64,000 nt of DNA from Hemiscyllium ocellatum (lineage: Eukaryota): contig NC_083409.1 of NCBI RefSeq assembly GCF_020745735.1, positions 20,966,098-21,030,097 on the forward strand, given 5' to 3'. The translations under genes were made by a program, and so were the position numbers. Below are positions 48,530 to 60,400 of the stretch, piece after piece; positions within the stretch are counted from its first letter, which is position 1, and every line of letters begins with the position of its first letter. The notes below the pieces were generated by a model. It worked only from the letters and a program-made list of their open reading frames with translations. It did not search any database and was not told where the DNA came from.

Positions 48530-50900
48530 AGTGAAACTTGGAGCAGGAGTAGGGCATTCAGTTCTTCGAGCCTGTTCTGCTATTCAATACGATCATGGCT
48601 GATCATCCAACTCAGTTGCCTGATCCTGTTTCCTTCCCATCATCGATCTCTTTAATTCTAGAACCATATCCTGCTCTTTCTGGAAAATATTCAGTGGTTT
48701 GAGCTGAAGTGCTTTCAGTGATAGAAACTTCGACAGGCTTCCCACTCAGTGAATGAAAACATATCTCTCCATCTCAGCCAGAAATGTCCTTTCCCGTATC
48801 CTTAAACTGTAAATCTTGATTCTGGACTCCACAGTCATCAGGAACATCCTGCCTTGTCCTGTTAGGATTTTAGAGTTTTCAGTGTGACTTCCCTCAATCT
48901 TCTAACCTCCAGTGAATATAATCCTAACTGATCCAGTTGCTCATCAGATCTCAGTGCTGTCATCCCAGGAATCATCCTGGTAAACCTTCACTGCCCTCCC
49001 TCCACAGCAAGAACATCCTTCCTCAGATTAGTAGACCAAAACTGCACACAATACAATCATAAAATCACACAATACAGAAGAGGCCCTTCGACCCATTGTA
49101 CCTGTACCAACCAAACTACAGTAAACCTGCATTCATCCAACTTTCCAACACAAGGCCCATAGCTTTGAATGTTATGATATTTCAAGGGTTCATCCAAGTA
49201 CTTTTTAAAGTCCACCTCAACTACCATCCCAGACAATGCAAACCAGACAGCCACCACCCTCTGGGTGAAAACGTCCTCTTCAAATCCGCTCTGAAGCTCC
49301 TGTCTTTCACAGTGAATCTGTGGCAAAACCGAATAACATGAATAATTGCTTTCTATTCATTCTGTTCATTTAACTCATAACCTTATACAATTCTATCAGG
49401 TCCCCCTCAACCTTCTCTGCTTCAAAGAAAAACAACCCTAGCTTATCCAGCCTCTCTTCATCAATGACATGCTTCATCCCAAGCAACATCCTGGTAAATA
49501 TCCTCTGCACCCCCTCCAGTACAGTCCCATCCTTCCGATCATGTGGTGACCAGAACCTGTTCAAATATCTTTTAAATGTTATAATCAGACTCACCTCTAT
49601 GACGTTCTCTGGCAGTTCATTCAATACACGCACCACCCTCTATGTGAAAGAGGTGTACCTCAGGTCCCTTTTGAATCCTTCCTCTCTTGCTTTAAACCTC
49701 TGCCCTATAGTTTTGGACGACCCTACTCTAGGGAAAATTCCTTAGCTAGTACCCTTATCTCTGTCCACTATGATTTTGTAAACCTCTGAAATGTCACCCT
49801 GCGACTTCTGATCTTCCAAAGAAAATAGCCTAGGCCGAAACAACCTCTCCTTATAACTCATGCCATCCAGTCTCAGAGACAGTCTTGTCATTTTTTTTAC
49901 ATCCTTTCCAGTTTAATGCCATCCTTCCAAACGCAGGGTGATTGGAAATGTGGCCTGACCAATATCTTGGACAGCCATGACATGTCATCTCAACTCCCAT
50001 ACCCAAGTGTACCAAATGCTTTCTTCACCATCCTGTCTGCATGTGGCATGAGTTTCAAGGCGCTATATGCCTCCTTTCCTTGGTCTCCCTCTTTCACAAC
50101 TTCCCATGGCCCCACAACTAACTGTGTAAACCCTGGTCTGGTTTTTGTATCAAAATGCAATGCCTCGCTATTATCTCAATACCTAATGTAAATGTACTCT
50201 CAAATAGCCTTCGTCACTATCCACTTTGCCACCAAATTTAATGTGATCTGCATACTCTCGAACCCTACCTCCTATATTCTCATTCAATTTGTTTCTATAA
50301 ATGATGAACAATGATGAACCCAGAACCAATCCTTTCGCCACACCGCTGGTCACAGGCTTCCATTCTGAACAACCATCTACTACCACCACTCTCTGTCTCC
50401 AACCATCAAGCCAATTTTGTACCAGTTGGCTTGCTCTCCCATGATTCCACTTGATCTACCCTTGCTAAGCAGTAATCCATGAATTACCTTGCTAAAGTCC
50501 ACGTCGGCAATGTCTATGATTCTGCTTTCAGCTATCTTCTTGGTCACAACTTCAAAATACTCACTCAAATTTGTGAGACACAATTTCCCACTTACAAAGT
50601 CTTTCCAAATGCGTGTACATCCTGTATGTAAAAATCCCTCCCAACAACTTACTCCCCACTGATATCTGACTCACCGGTCTATACTTTCCGGGGTATTCCT
50701 TGCAGACCTTCTGAAATATCAGCACAATGTCAGCCACTCTCCGATCTTCCAACACTGGCTGTTGGTGATACAAGCATCTTCACAAGGGGCATTGCTGTCT
50801 CTTCCCAAGCTTCCCACAAGCTTACTGGGATGGACCTGATCAGGCCATGGGAATTAGCTACCCTTATAAGTTATAAGAACAGATTACTGCACCTCTTCTC
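48530..50900 (-). mobile_element. Stack of three CR1 fragments
   Basis: 48530-49550 matches unit 1 (13520-14600); 49550-50754 matches unit 2 (24152-25397). Confidence 0.75.
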
Positions 50901-51199
50901 CTTCTGTAATATGGACTCTTCTCAAGACAGCAATATTTATTTCCCAAAATTCCATATATTTGTCAACAATAAATACTGTGGCAAAATATTAGTTTTGTAA
51001 CTCATCCATATTCTGTTTGAAAAAAAAAGTGAAAATTTCGAAGTGTGAGACATTTGGAGGTTATCCATGGGATCTGATCCATGATCATGACTTTATTCTG
51101 TATTCTCCATTGTCCTTTTCCACTTTCACCCTAAACCTTGTGATACAATGATCACTCTTCCCTAAATGTCCTCTCACTGACACTTGATCTACTTGGGCA

Positions 51200-52450
51200 C
51201 ACTCACTCCCAAGATTCAGGTCTCACAGAGCTTCCTTTCTCATTTGAATGGAAAGACATGGCTGAAGAAAATTCACCTGAGCATACTCTCTCAACTCTGG
51301 CCCCTCTCTGCCCTTCACACTGCTACTGTCCCAGTCTGTATTCCAAAAATTAAAGTCCCCCTAATGTTTGCGGTGAACTCCTTGCAGATTTGTTCCCCTA
51401 CACCCTTCCCACTAGTTGGTGATCGACAGACTGCACTGAACGACCTGATTGCACCTTTTTTGTTCTGTATCCCGAACCAAATCAGTTCTGTTATTGATCC
51501 CTCTGAGACATCCTCTTTCTCCAGCTCTGCATCGATCTCCTTAACCAATCCCACACCTCTCACTCTTTCTATATTTTCCTATTTTCCTGAACACCTTGTT
51601 TGCAGGAATATTTAACAACCAGTCATGTCCTCATTTGAGCCTTATCTGTTAGAGCGATAACATCAGTTTTCCACTTGGTAATGTGCATCTCTAACTCCCC
51701 AATTTTATTCTCCACATTCCGTACAGTCCCATACATGCACAGTCAGCCGGACCGAGAATTTATTGCTCTCTCTGTCTCTCTGACCCTGCCTAATAAATTA
51801 CTATTCCTTATTCTGGTGCTATCTGTCTTTTTCAGGATTCTGTGTTCGTTGGTGTTCCTCCTTGATTTTACATCCTGGTTCCCACAGCCCTTCCATGTTA
51901 GCTTCAACCCACTCGAACAGCACCAGCAAATCATCCCACAAGGAGCTCAGTTCCTGCTCTGTTCAAGAGCAACCCATTAAGTACACAGAGGTCACATCTC
52001 CCACAGAGTCATTCCCAATGTCACAGCTATCTAAATACCTCCCTCCTCGCCCATCTTTCCAGCCTCACATACGCCTTACCTTATCCTCTTGTTCCTCTCC
52101 TTACTTGCATTGGTCATTGGCAGTAATCTGGAGATTTCTATTTTTGAGCTCCTGTTGCTAATTCCCTCCTGAGCTCCCTAAATTCTGTCACTGGGACCAA
52201 TGTAGATTACGAGTGCTACCTGTTCCCTCTCTCCTCAGGGTGCTATGCAGCCGCTCAGTGACATCCTTGACCCTGGCACCAGGGAGACAACACACAATCC
52301 TGGATTCCCGTCTGATGCCCCAGAAACACCTATTGATTGCCCTCACTCTCGAACCTCCTCTCACTATTGCTCTTTCAGTTTTCCTTGTGTCCCCCTGAAC
52401 CAACAATGCCCTCAGTTCCTTTTCCCAGATCGTTAATATATAATTAATTG
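51200..52450 (-). mobile_element. CR1 LINE 5' region (ORF1 esterase-like part and endonuclease fragments)
   Basis: VCCLPGARVKDVTERL (CR1 ORF1-type) and GVGLVKE..WFGIQNKKG..CRSPTS (endonuclease-type) remnants. Confidence 0.65.
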
Positions 52451-52688
52451 TTACATGAATAGCTGAAGTCTCAACACTGCCCCCTGCTGAACTGCACTAG
52501 GTACCAGCTGCCATCCTGCAAAAGATCCATTTATTTTCATTCTCTATCCATGCCAATACCGGGCACCAAACCCCATGGACTTTTATGTTATTTAGCAGCC
52601 TCGTGTGTGGCAAAATGTCAAAGGCCTTCTAGAAATACAAATAGATCACGTCCATTGGGTCTCCTTTATCTAACTTGCTCATTAACTC

Positions 52689-53001
52689 CGGTGGCACGGT
52701 GGCACAGTGGTTAGCACTGCTGCCTCACAGTGCCAGGGACCTGGGTTCAATTCCCACCTCAGGCGACTGACTGTGTGGAGTTTGCACGTTCTCCCCGTGT
52801 CTGCGTGGGTTTCCTCCGGGTGCTCCGGTTTCCTCCCACAGTCTAAAGATGTGTGGGTCAGGTAAATTGGCCATGCTAAATTGCCCGTAGTGTTAGGTAA
52901 GGGGTATATGTAGCAGTATGGGTGGGTTGCGCTTTGGCGGGTCGGTGTGGACTTGTTGGGCCGAAGGGCCTGTTTCCACACTGTAAGTAATCTAATCTAA
53001 T
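52689..53001 (+). mobile_element. Young tRNA-derived SINE (HE1/V-SINE-like)
   Basis: Nearly identical to the copies at 31571 and 34060. Confidence 0.88.
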
Positions 53002-53029
53002 ATCCTCTTATTACATCGAAGTCCAGCTT

Positions 53030-54230
53030 CTCCCTCTCGAACTGCAGGGTGAAATCTATCACATTATAGTCACAGCCCGTTCAGGGTTCATTCACATTCA
53101 GCTCTCCAATCAGGGCTGCCTCATTACACATCACTGAATCCGGAATTATCTGTTTCCTAGTGGATCGACCACGAGCTTCTGCAAAAAAAGCCTCTTGCAG
53201 ACTTTCCATGAATTCCTTTCCTTGAGATCCATTCCCAACCTGGCTTTCCCAGTCCACCAGCATATTGCAGTCCCCATAACTATTCTTATATGCCTTTTCT
53301 ATCTCCTGATTTATTTTCTGACCCACATCCCGACTACTGTGAGGAGGCTTGTACATAACTCCCATCAGGCTCTTTGTTCCTTTGTGGTGTCTTAAGTTGA
53401 TTCACACAGATTCTACGCAGCCCAACACAAAATTTCCTCTTGCTGTTGATTTAATGTTATTTCCAAGTGACAGGGTAATCTCCCACATTGGACATTGTCA
53501 AAAATCTTTTGGAAGTTCAGGTGCAAAACATCCACTGAGATCTGAGGAAGGGTCAATCAATCCGAAAAGCTAACTTCAGTTTCTCTCCACAGATGCTGCC
53601 AGACCGGCTGAAAGTTTTCATCGATTTTTTTGTTTTTGTTGTTCACTGACTCAGCCTTGTCCACTGTCTACTGATCACATCCTCAAAACCTTCCAGAAGA
53701 TGTGTCAGGCCTGACTTCCCTTTCGTAAATCCATGCTGACTTGGACAGATCCTGTTACTGCTTTCCAAACGCTCGGTTATTGTATCTTTAATAAGTGACT
53801 CCAGAGTTTTCCTCATGTATAATTCCTCATTTTCACTTTCCTTCCTTTTTATTAAAAAGTTGGATTACATTGGATGCTCTCCAGTCCACTGGAACTCTGT
53901 CAGAGTCTACAGAATGCTGGAAAATGATAACCAATGTGTCCACTATTTCTATATCCACTTTCTTAAGGTCTCTGGGATGTAGAGCATCAGGCCCTGGGGA
54001 CTGACAATGTTTTGATACCATCAATCTCCCCAAGATCATTTCCTGGCTAACAAGGATTACCTTCATTACCTCCTTCACACTTGACCCTCTATCCCCTTGC
54101 ATTTCCTTTCAATAAGATGTGCATCCTTGTATATTTAGTTCCCAGCCATGATCCCCTTGCAGCCATGCCCCTGCGCTACAGCTCATTTACTTAGTTTCGA
54201 AATACAGCACCCTCAGTCATGCATTGTTTA
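53030..54230 (-). mobile_element. CR1 fragments (paralogs of 6430-6850 and 8280-8640)
   Basis: GVMYKPPHS and SPGPDALHPR motifs; collinear with unit 1. Confidence 0.7.
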
Positions 54231-54544
54231 TCTCCTTCTCATAGATATCGCCTTTTGAATTCATAGAAACCCTACAGCAGGCCATTCAGCCAGACTGACC
54301 CACCAAATAGTATCCCACCCACCCTATAATTCCCATGGATAATCCTCCTAGCCTACATATCCTTGTGAGAATGGGAGGAAACCCAAGTAGACAGGGGAAG
54401 AATGTGTCAAAAACCCTGTCCTTTTATGAGGTTTGTTTAGTTTTGGGCATAAATATTCAAATGGATTGTTTTACCAGTTAATGTTCAGAGAGTTGAAATC
54501 CCTTCGAATAGCAGGGATTAAAAAATGTTTTTCTTGCTTTTCAG

Positions 54545-54883
54545 GTGGTCAAAACCCTCAGCCCAAGTTGACCCTGCTGCCCACCCCCACCCCCCTCCCT
54601 GGAGCAGGTCAATGCCAAGGGCACTGGCACCCTGGTGTGTCTTGCCAATCACTTCTATCCCGATGAGCTGGAGGTGCAGTGGAAGAAGGATGGTGCAGTC
54701 GTTTCGGACGGGGTTCAGAGCAGCAACTACCTGCGAGCTTCGGACAGCACCTACAGTGTCTGCAGCCTGCTGACCCTCTCTGAGCCTGACTGGGAGTCCA
54801 ACGCTCACTTCTCCTGTGCCCTCACCCACATGACCCTCCACTCTCCCCTCAGCAAGAGCATCAGGAGATCAGAATGTGTGTAG
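54545..54883 (+). pseudogene. IGKC: Ig kappa-type constant exon with a 10-nt frameshifting insertion
   Basis: Acceptor ttcttgcttttcag, then GQNPQPKLTLL; 22 nt (54580-54601) where unit 1 has 12 nt; the frame resumes as EQVNAKGTGTLVCLANHFYPDELEVQWKKDG...SECV*. 18 differences in 285 nt from the unit 1 exon downstream of the insertion. Confidence 0.9.
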
Positions 54884-57794
54884 AGAGTTCGAGACAGTCC
54901 ACAGAGGAGACACAACTTTAAACAGAACAGCGCTGAGCTGGCAGGGTAAAGCTTATTGTCAGCACTGAACTTCAACTCTCTTCCTTCTTGGGATTGGCTT
55001 GGCGACTCTTGTGAGGTTCAAGGTTTAAGGCAGGACATTGGGATCATCAAAAACAAGCTTTAGTCTGAATCACTCTCCATGCGGACCCATTCTTGGAGTG
55101 TTTGATTGGGGCAGTGATGACTCGTAATGCCAATTTAACCACTCAAAGATGCTGAAAAATGTCAGCTGTAAAGAAACAATGTGAAGTTCAGAAATCTCTG
55201 ATTCAGTAAACCAGACCTTCTTCCTGCTCAGTTGCCAGTTCCAAATTAAGGTTTTGACAGGATTCTCATGTTATTGAGGAAATCTTCACAAGTGTTTTCC
55301 TCAAGCTCCATTGCGGCCTTGAATTTGTGCAGCTTCCTCTGTCTGGGCTGTTAATTGCAGTCTATTTTCTGTCAATGTCAATCTGGAAAAGTGAGTAAAG
55401 ATGAAGAAGATTCAGCCTCTGACTCGTGTGTGCTTTTGGGATGGCCCGAGCTGAAGCCTCAGGGAAAGGGTGTTTAAAGTGAAACCCTCCACCCTCAAGG
55501 CCCGGAACTCGAGGGGGAGAATAGAGAGGGCAATGGTGTTCCGAGAGCAGGAGCCAGTTAGGGCCAGAAGGGGCACTTTCAGCAGGAATCCAGGGCCCTG
55601 AGAAAATCATCCCTAACAAATTGGGAAAAGAAGGAAGGCAGGAGGGGACACTGGGGAACACAATAATCTGATGGGAATTCACTCACCCATCTCTTATGCA
55701 CAGCAAGATCCCAGGCCAAGAAATGTAACTCCACCGTTTGGCAGCCAGTATCACTGGGAATCATGTATTGATGAATATGACCAGCAGGATCTTGTTACTC
55801 AGAATAACAATTCCACAGAGTTTGGGAAATAAATATTCCATAAATTAGACTTGGGTTTTCTTTACTCTTCAAATGAGATTGAATTGCCCCGTGTGTCCCT
55901 GGAGTCATATTGAGAATGTTCAGTCCAGGGAGGTCTGTGAGTCATGGCTGGGGAGAACAGTCAATGATAATATGGTTCCACTTTCTGCTGTCACATTCTG
56001 TAGCCACTGGGTCATCTCAGTAAGGATCATCCAGGGCTCAGGGTGGATTCCAGAGCAACTCATTGTCCTGACTGTTGTGTTCCGCAGTCCACGTGTGGCT
56101 CCAGCAATCTCATTCACTGGCTATAGTATCAGTGGGAACCCATGGGGCTGAAGTCTTATCCAAACAGACCCTCACACAGGGAGGCTGCTGGTAGCTCAGA
56201 AACTCCTTGGATACAGCCCCAGATTCCACCCTGGTTCTTTCATTGAAACACAACGTTCGCACTCTGATACCACGTTCAGAGGGCAATCCTGAGATTGGGC
56301 AAGTTTGGTTCTTGATTCCAATGTGGTGAAATAGGGGATGGATGTGAAATGTCAAGTCTGAAACTGGTGGGTGTACTTTATAATGAAGAATAGAAACTGA
56401 TGTCAGAATAAAGACTGGTGTTGATGGGAGTGCGGAATATCTCAATGATCTGTCTCCTGAATCCACAGACTATACACTTTCTCCTGTCAGACTCTGAAAT
56501 ATGATAAACAGTTCCTTGACATCCTTTACTTCTCACCTTTCCCAGGAAAGGTGACATATTCTCTGTCTCAGAGATTCCCTGGAACAGGACATTATAAAAC
56601 GAGCTGTAGGAAGGGAACTGTCGACTCTCAATGTCAAAGCCAATGGGAAGGATGTGGAGCTGGCTCTGTGAAATGTTTGGGCACAGAGGATGACATCAGA
56701 AGCAATTCAATGTTGTCCCTCTCTCCTTTGCAATTTGCTCTCTTGTGTTCGATCCACTTGTCTTTCCTGCTTTGCTTCTTTTGACTTTAGTCTGTGGGTA
56801 GTTCCATCAAAGCCCAATCTCCTCACACTCATCCTGGCCCCTGAAGAGACTAGAGAAAAAAAAAAGCTGGAATCCAAGAATGACAAGCAGGAGGCTGGGA
56901 GAACACAGCAAGCCAGTCAGCATTAGGAGGTGGATAAGTCAACGTCTTGGGTGCAACGCCTCATCAGGAAGTTGTGGGGGGTGGGTTGTTAAGGGAGCTG
57001 CAGATCAAGGGAGTGGGGGAGGAAGTTAGGTAGAGGGTACGACCTGATTAGTCAATGGGAAAAATGAATCCTCCCATCGACCAACCAGGTCATATTCTCT
57101 ACCTTTCTCAATATGTTCCCATTTTCCAACACTCTCACGTTTCCTCTTGTGTCACAGCTCATTCTCCTGAGGGATAGTTGTGATCGGAGTCAAAAAGTAA
57201 GGTGCTGGAAAATCACAGCAGGTGAGGCGGTTGTGCTCAGGCCGAGGACATGACCGTGTCCCTCTGTCAGATCCTCTTCGAGAATCTCATGGCTCACCAC
57301 CATACTCTCCAGAACAATTAGGGAAGGGCAACAGCCAAGGATGGAGATGAGGACGCGAAGACTCCATATCTGTTCTCTGCAGTTTGGGGGCACACCTTGA
57401 CAGTCGTTTGTTAGATCTTTGAGTATAATTCATTTGTTGCTGATTCCAGTGTCAATCAACAGGGCACTCCGCCTTTCAGTCTGACAAACCAGGTCATGAC
57501 TCTGTTTCTGGCCAAGGCTTCAGTCCTTCAAAGAGATTAATTCAAGCCTCACCAGTTTGATCATTTGAATTGTATGCCATTTATTTTGATTTCACCTGGG
57601 ATGGGCAGGTGTTAATGTGTCGGTTATTTGTTGTTGTTTCCTAATTGTCCTGGAGTGGGCGGTGGTGAACCATGTTATATCTGGAAGCAAATGACAGGTC
57701 ATTCCCACTGAAATCCACTGGAGTGACTGCGGATTTATTCATGGATAATGGGTGGAGTTATTACTCATAATCCTCTATTCTTGGCTAGAAGGTA

Positions 57795-58097
57795 CCATGG
57801 TAGCACAGTGCTACTGGTTAGCACTGCTGCCTCACAACGCCAGAGATCTGGGTTCAATTACCGCCTCAGGCAACTGACTATGTGGAGATTGCACATTCTC
57901 CCTGTGTCTGCGTGGGTTTCCTCTGGGTGCTCCAGTGTCCTCCCGCAATCCAAAAATGTGCAGTTTAGGTGAATTGGCAATGCTAAATTGTCCATAGTGT
58001 TAGGTGTGGGGGGATATATCTGGGTGGGTGCACTTCGGTGGTCGGTCTGGAATGTTGGGCCGCAGGGCCTGTTTCCACACAGGAAGTAATCTAATCA
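57795..58097 (+). mobile_element. tRNA-derived SINE (HE1/V-SINE-like)
   Basis: Head, core and tail recognisable; absent at the paralogous site near 29710. Confidence 0.75.
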
Positions 58098-58779
58098 AAG
58101 TCAGAAGTCACACAACACCAGGTTCTAGCCCAACACATTCATTTGAAATCACAAGCTTTCTAAACGCTGCTCCTTCATCAGGTGTACCCTAGTCCCCCAT
58201 CGGAATCCCCACATTACTGAACAATAAAAATAAACTGGGGCGCTGAGAGGAATCCAACTGGTTCCATCTATAGAAACGAGGAGAGAGAGAGACATTGCAA
58301 CTCTTGGACCAGGATACTTATGGCACCACAATGAAAATTCCCTGCATGCTATGATATATCAAAAGAGAAGTACTTTGGTGTGACTTTTGATTGTCTTTCA
58401 CAGTGTGCTGTTTTGTTCATTCTGTGATTCACATAAACTTTGTCAATATTGGGTATTACAAAGTTTGTTTCCTCCATTATGCAGATTCCAACACACCCTC
58501 TCCATTTTGCTTTACTCCTTTTTGACTCTTCGACAATTGTCACTGCTCCTTCATTCCGTCCTGATCCCAGAGGAATCGATGGCCCGGTTGATATGAAGTG
58601 AGGCCAGTGTGTTGGAGCTTGGGCTCCTGCCTCAGGTCCAGGTGTAGGGGCCTGTTCAACAATCAGCATATTGTCGTTTTTCTCTTACTGACCGTACTGG
58701 TTCAAGTTGCAGTAATGAGCTGGAAACAAAGTATCTGGTATAAAATGTTCCCATTATTGGATACAAAACTGGCTGAGTC

Positions 58780-60400
58780 AGAGGAGACAGACGGCAGTGA
58801 TGGGAGAATGGAGGGCTGTGACTAGTGATGTTTCACAGGGTTCAGTGGTGAGAACTCTGCTGTTCATAATCTCCATAAATGACTTGGAGGAAAGCGTAGC
58901 TGGTCTAATTATTAAATTTATGGTTCATACAAAGATTAGTAGAGTTGCAGATAAAGAGAAGGATTGTCAGACGATATGGCAGGATATAGATCAGTTGGAT
59001 GCTTGGACAGAAAAATGGCAGATGTTGTTTAATCCAGACAAATGCAAAGTGATGCATTTTGAAAGATGATGTACAGGTGGGAATTATACAGTGAATAGCA
59101 GGATCCTTTGGAGTATTGATATGCAGAGGGATCTGGGTGTGCAACAACCATCAAGACATGGCTTGGCTGGTGGTGAGAAGGGCTCTGCCTGTGAGATCCT
59201 TTATTCACGCCTGGATTCTCATCCACACCGCACGCTGCCCTTGAACCTGCTGCAGGGGACGGGGAAAGAGACTGTCACACATCTCCTTCTGTAATGTGCC
59301 TCTGCAGAAGAAGTCTGGAGAGGAATGCAGTGGTGTTTGTCGAGGTTCGTCCCAAGCAGCGCTGTGACGCGGAACTCCGTGCTTTATGGTCTGTTCCCCG
59401 GGACGCACACTGAGACAAACATCAACTGTGAGTGGAGGATCATCAGCTCTCTGGGCGATCCGAAACCTGTTGATATTACAGCTGAAGGAGTCGACCCCGA
59501 CTGAGTGTTGCAGACTGGCACATTCCAAGGTCTAGGATTACGTGTTCAGGGACATGCTAAAGCTTGGGGCAGCTGCCGTCAAGGCAAGGTGCGGAAAGAC
59601 CACCGTGTTACGTCTGCCTGCTTAAGCACAGGGGAACGAAGCAGTAAGAGGGCTCCGCTGACCCCCGAGCTAAATATGTGGATAGTAATCATACAGACCT
59701 ATATATATATATATATATATATGATTATTCTGTCCCAGTATGCAAACAAATGGAATGTTCTGGATGTATGGCATGACCAATTGTACAGATCATCAAAATA
59801 TTTTATGAATAAAGTACATTTTTGATAAAAAATTCTGTGTGTGCATGTTCACAGATCACTGAAGGTCCAGCACAGAGAGGTAAGGCAGTAAAAAAAGGCT
59901 TGTGGCATGTTTGCCTTCATTGGAAGGGGCATTGAGGAGAAGGCTAGACATTTTATGCTGGAGCTTTATTAAACTTTAGTTCGGCCACACTTGGAATATT
60001 GTATCCAGTTCTGGTCACCACACTACCAGAAGGATGTGGATATTTGAAGACGGTGCAGACAATTTTTACCAGGACATTGTCTGGTATGTGGGGATTGCAC
60101 TTCTGAAGAAAGATTGGATAGACTGGGTTTGTTTTCACTGCAATGCGGGAAAATGAGGCGTGACCTGATAGAAGTTTATAAAGTTGTGAATGAGATAGGT
60201 AGGGTGAAAAATATTAAACTTTTACCCAGGGTGGAGGGCCACATTACTGTAGAAGTATTCAAGAACTACCTGCACTAATGCATGAATAGGAAGGGAATAG
60301 AGGGATACGAATCCTGTAGGTGAAGACAGTTTCTGGATGGAAGGGAAAAATGCATCAGCACAGGCTTGGAGGACCGAAGGTCCTGTTCCTATGCTGTATT
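58780..60400 (+). mobile_element. CR1 LINE RT/3' fragment interrupted by Tx1
   Basis: VTSDVSQGSVV..LLFIISINDLEE, KCKVMHF, HLEYCIQFWSP motifs. Confidence 0.75.
59144..59834 (+). mobile_element. 5'-truncated Tx1/L1-clade LINE 3' end
   Basis: Decayed LAWLVVRRALPVRSF..C....ETVTHLLL.C..A.EVW..VLYGLFPG C-terminal zinc-finger region; AATAAA plus A-rich end; near-identical 11-mers ctgggtgtgca (59133-59143) and ctgtgtgtgca (59835-59845) flank it. Confidence 0.75.
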
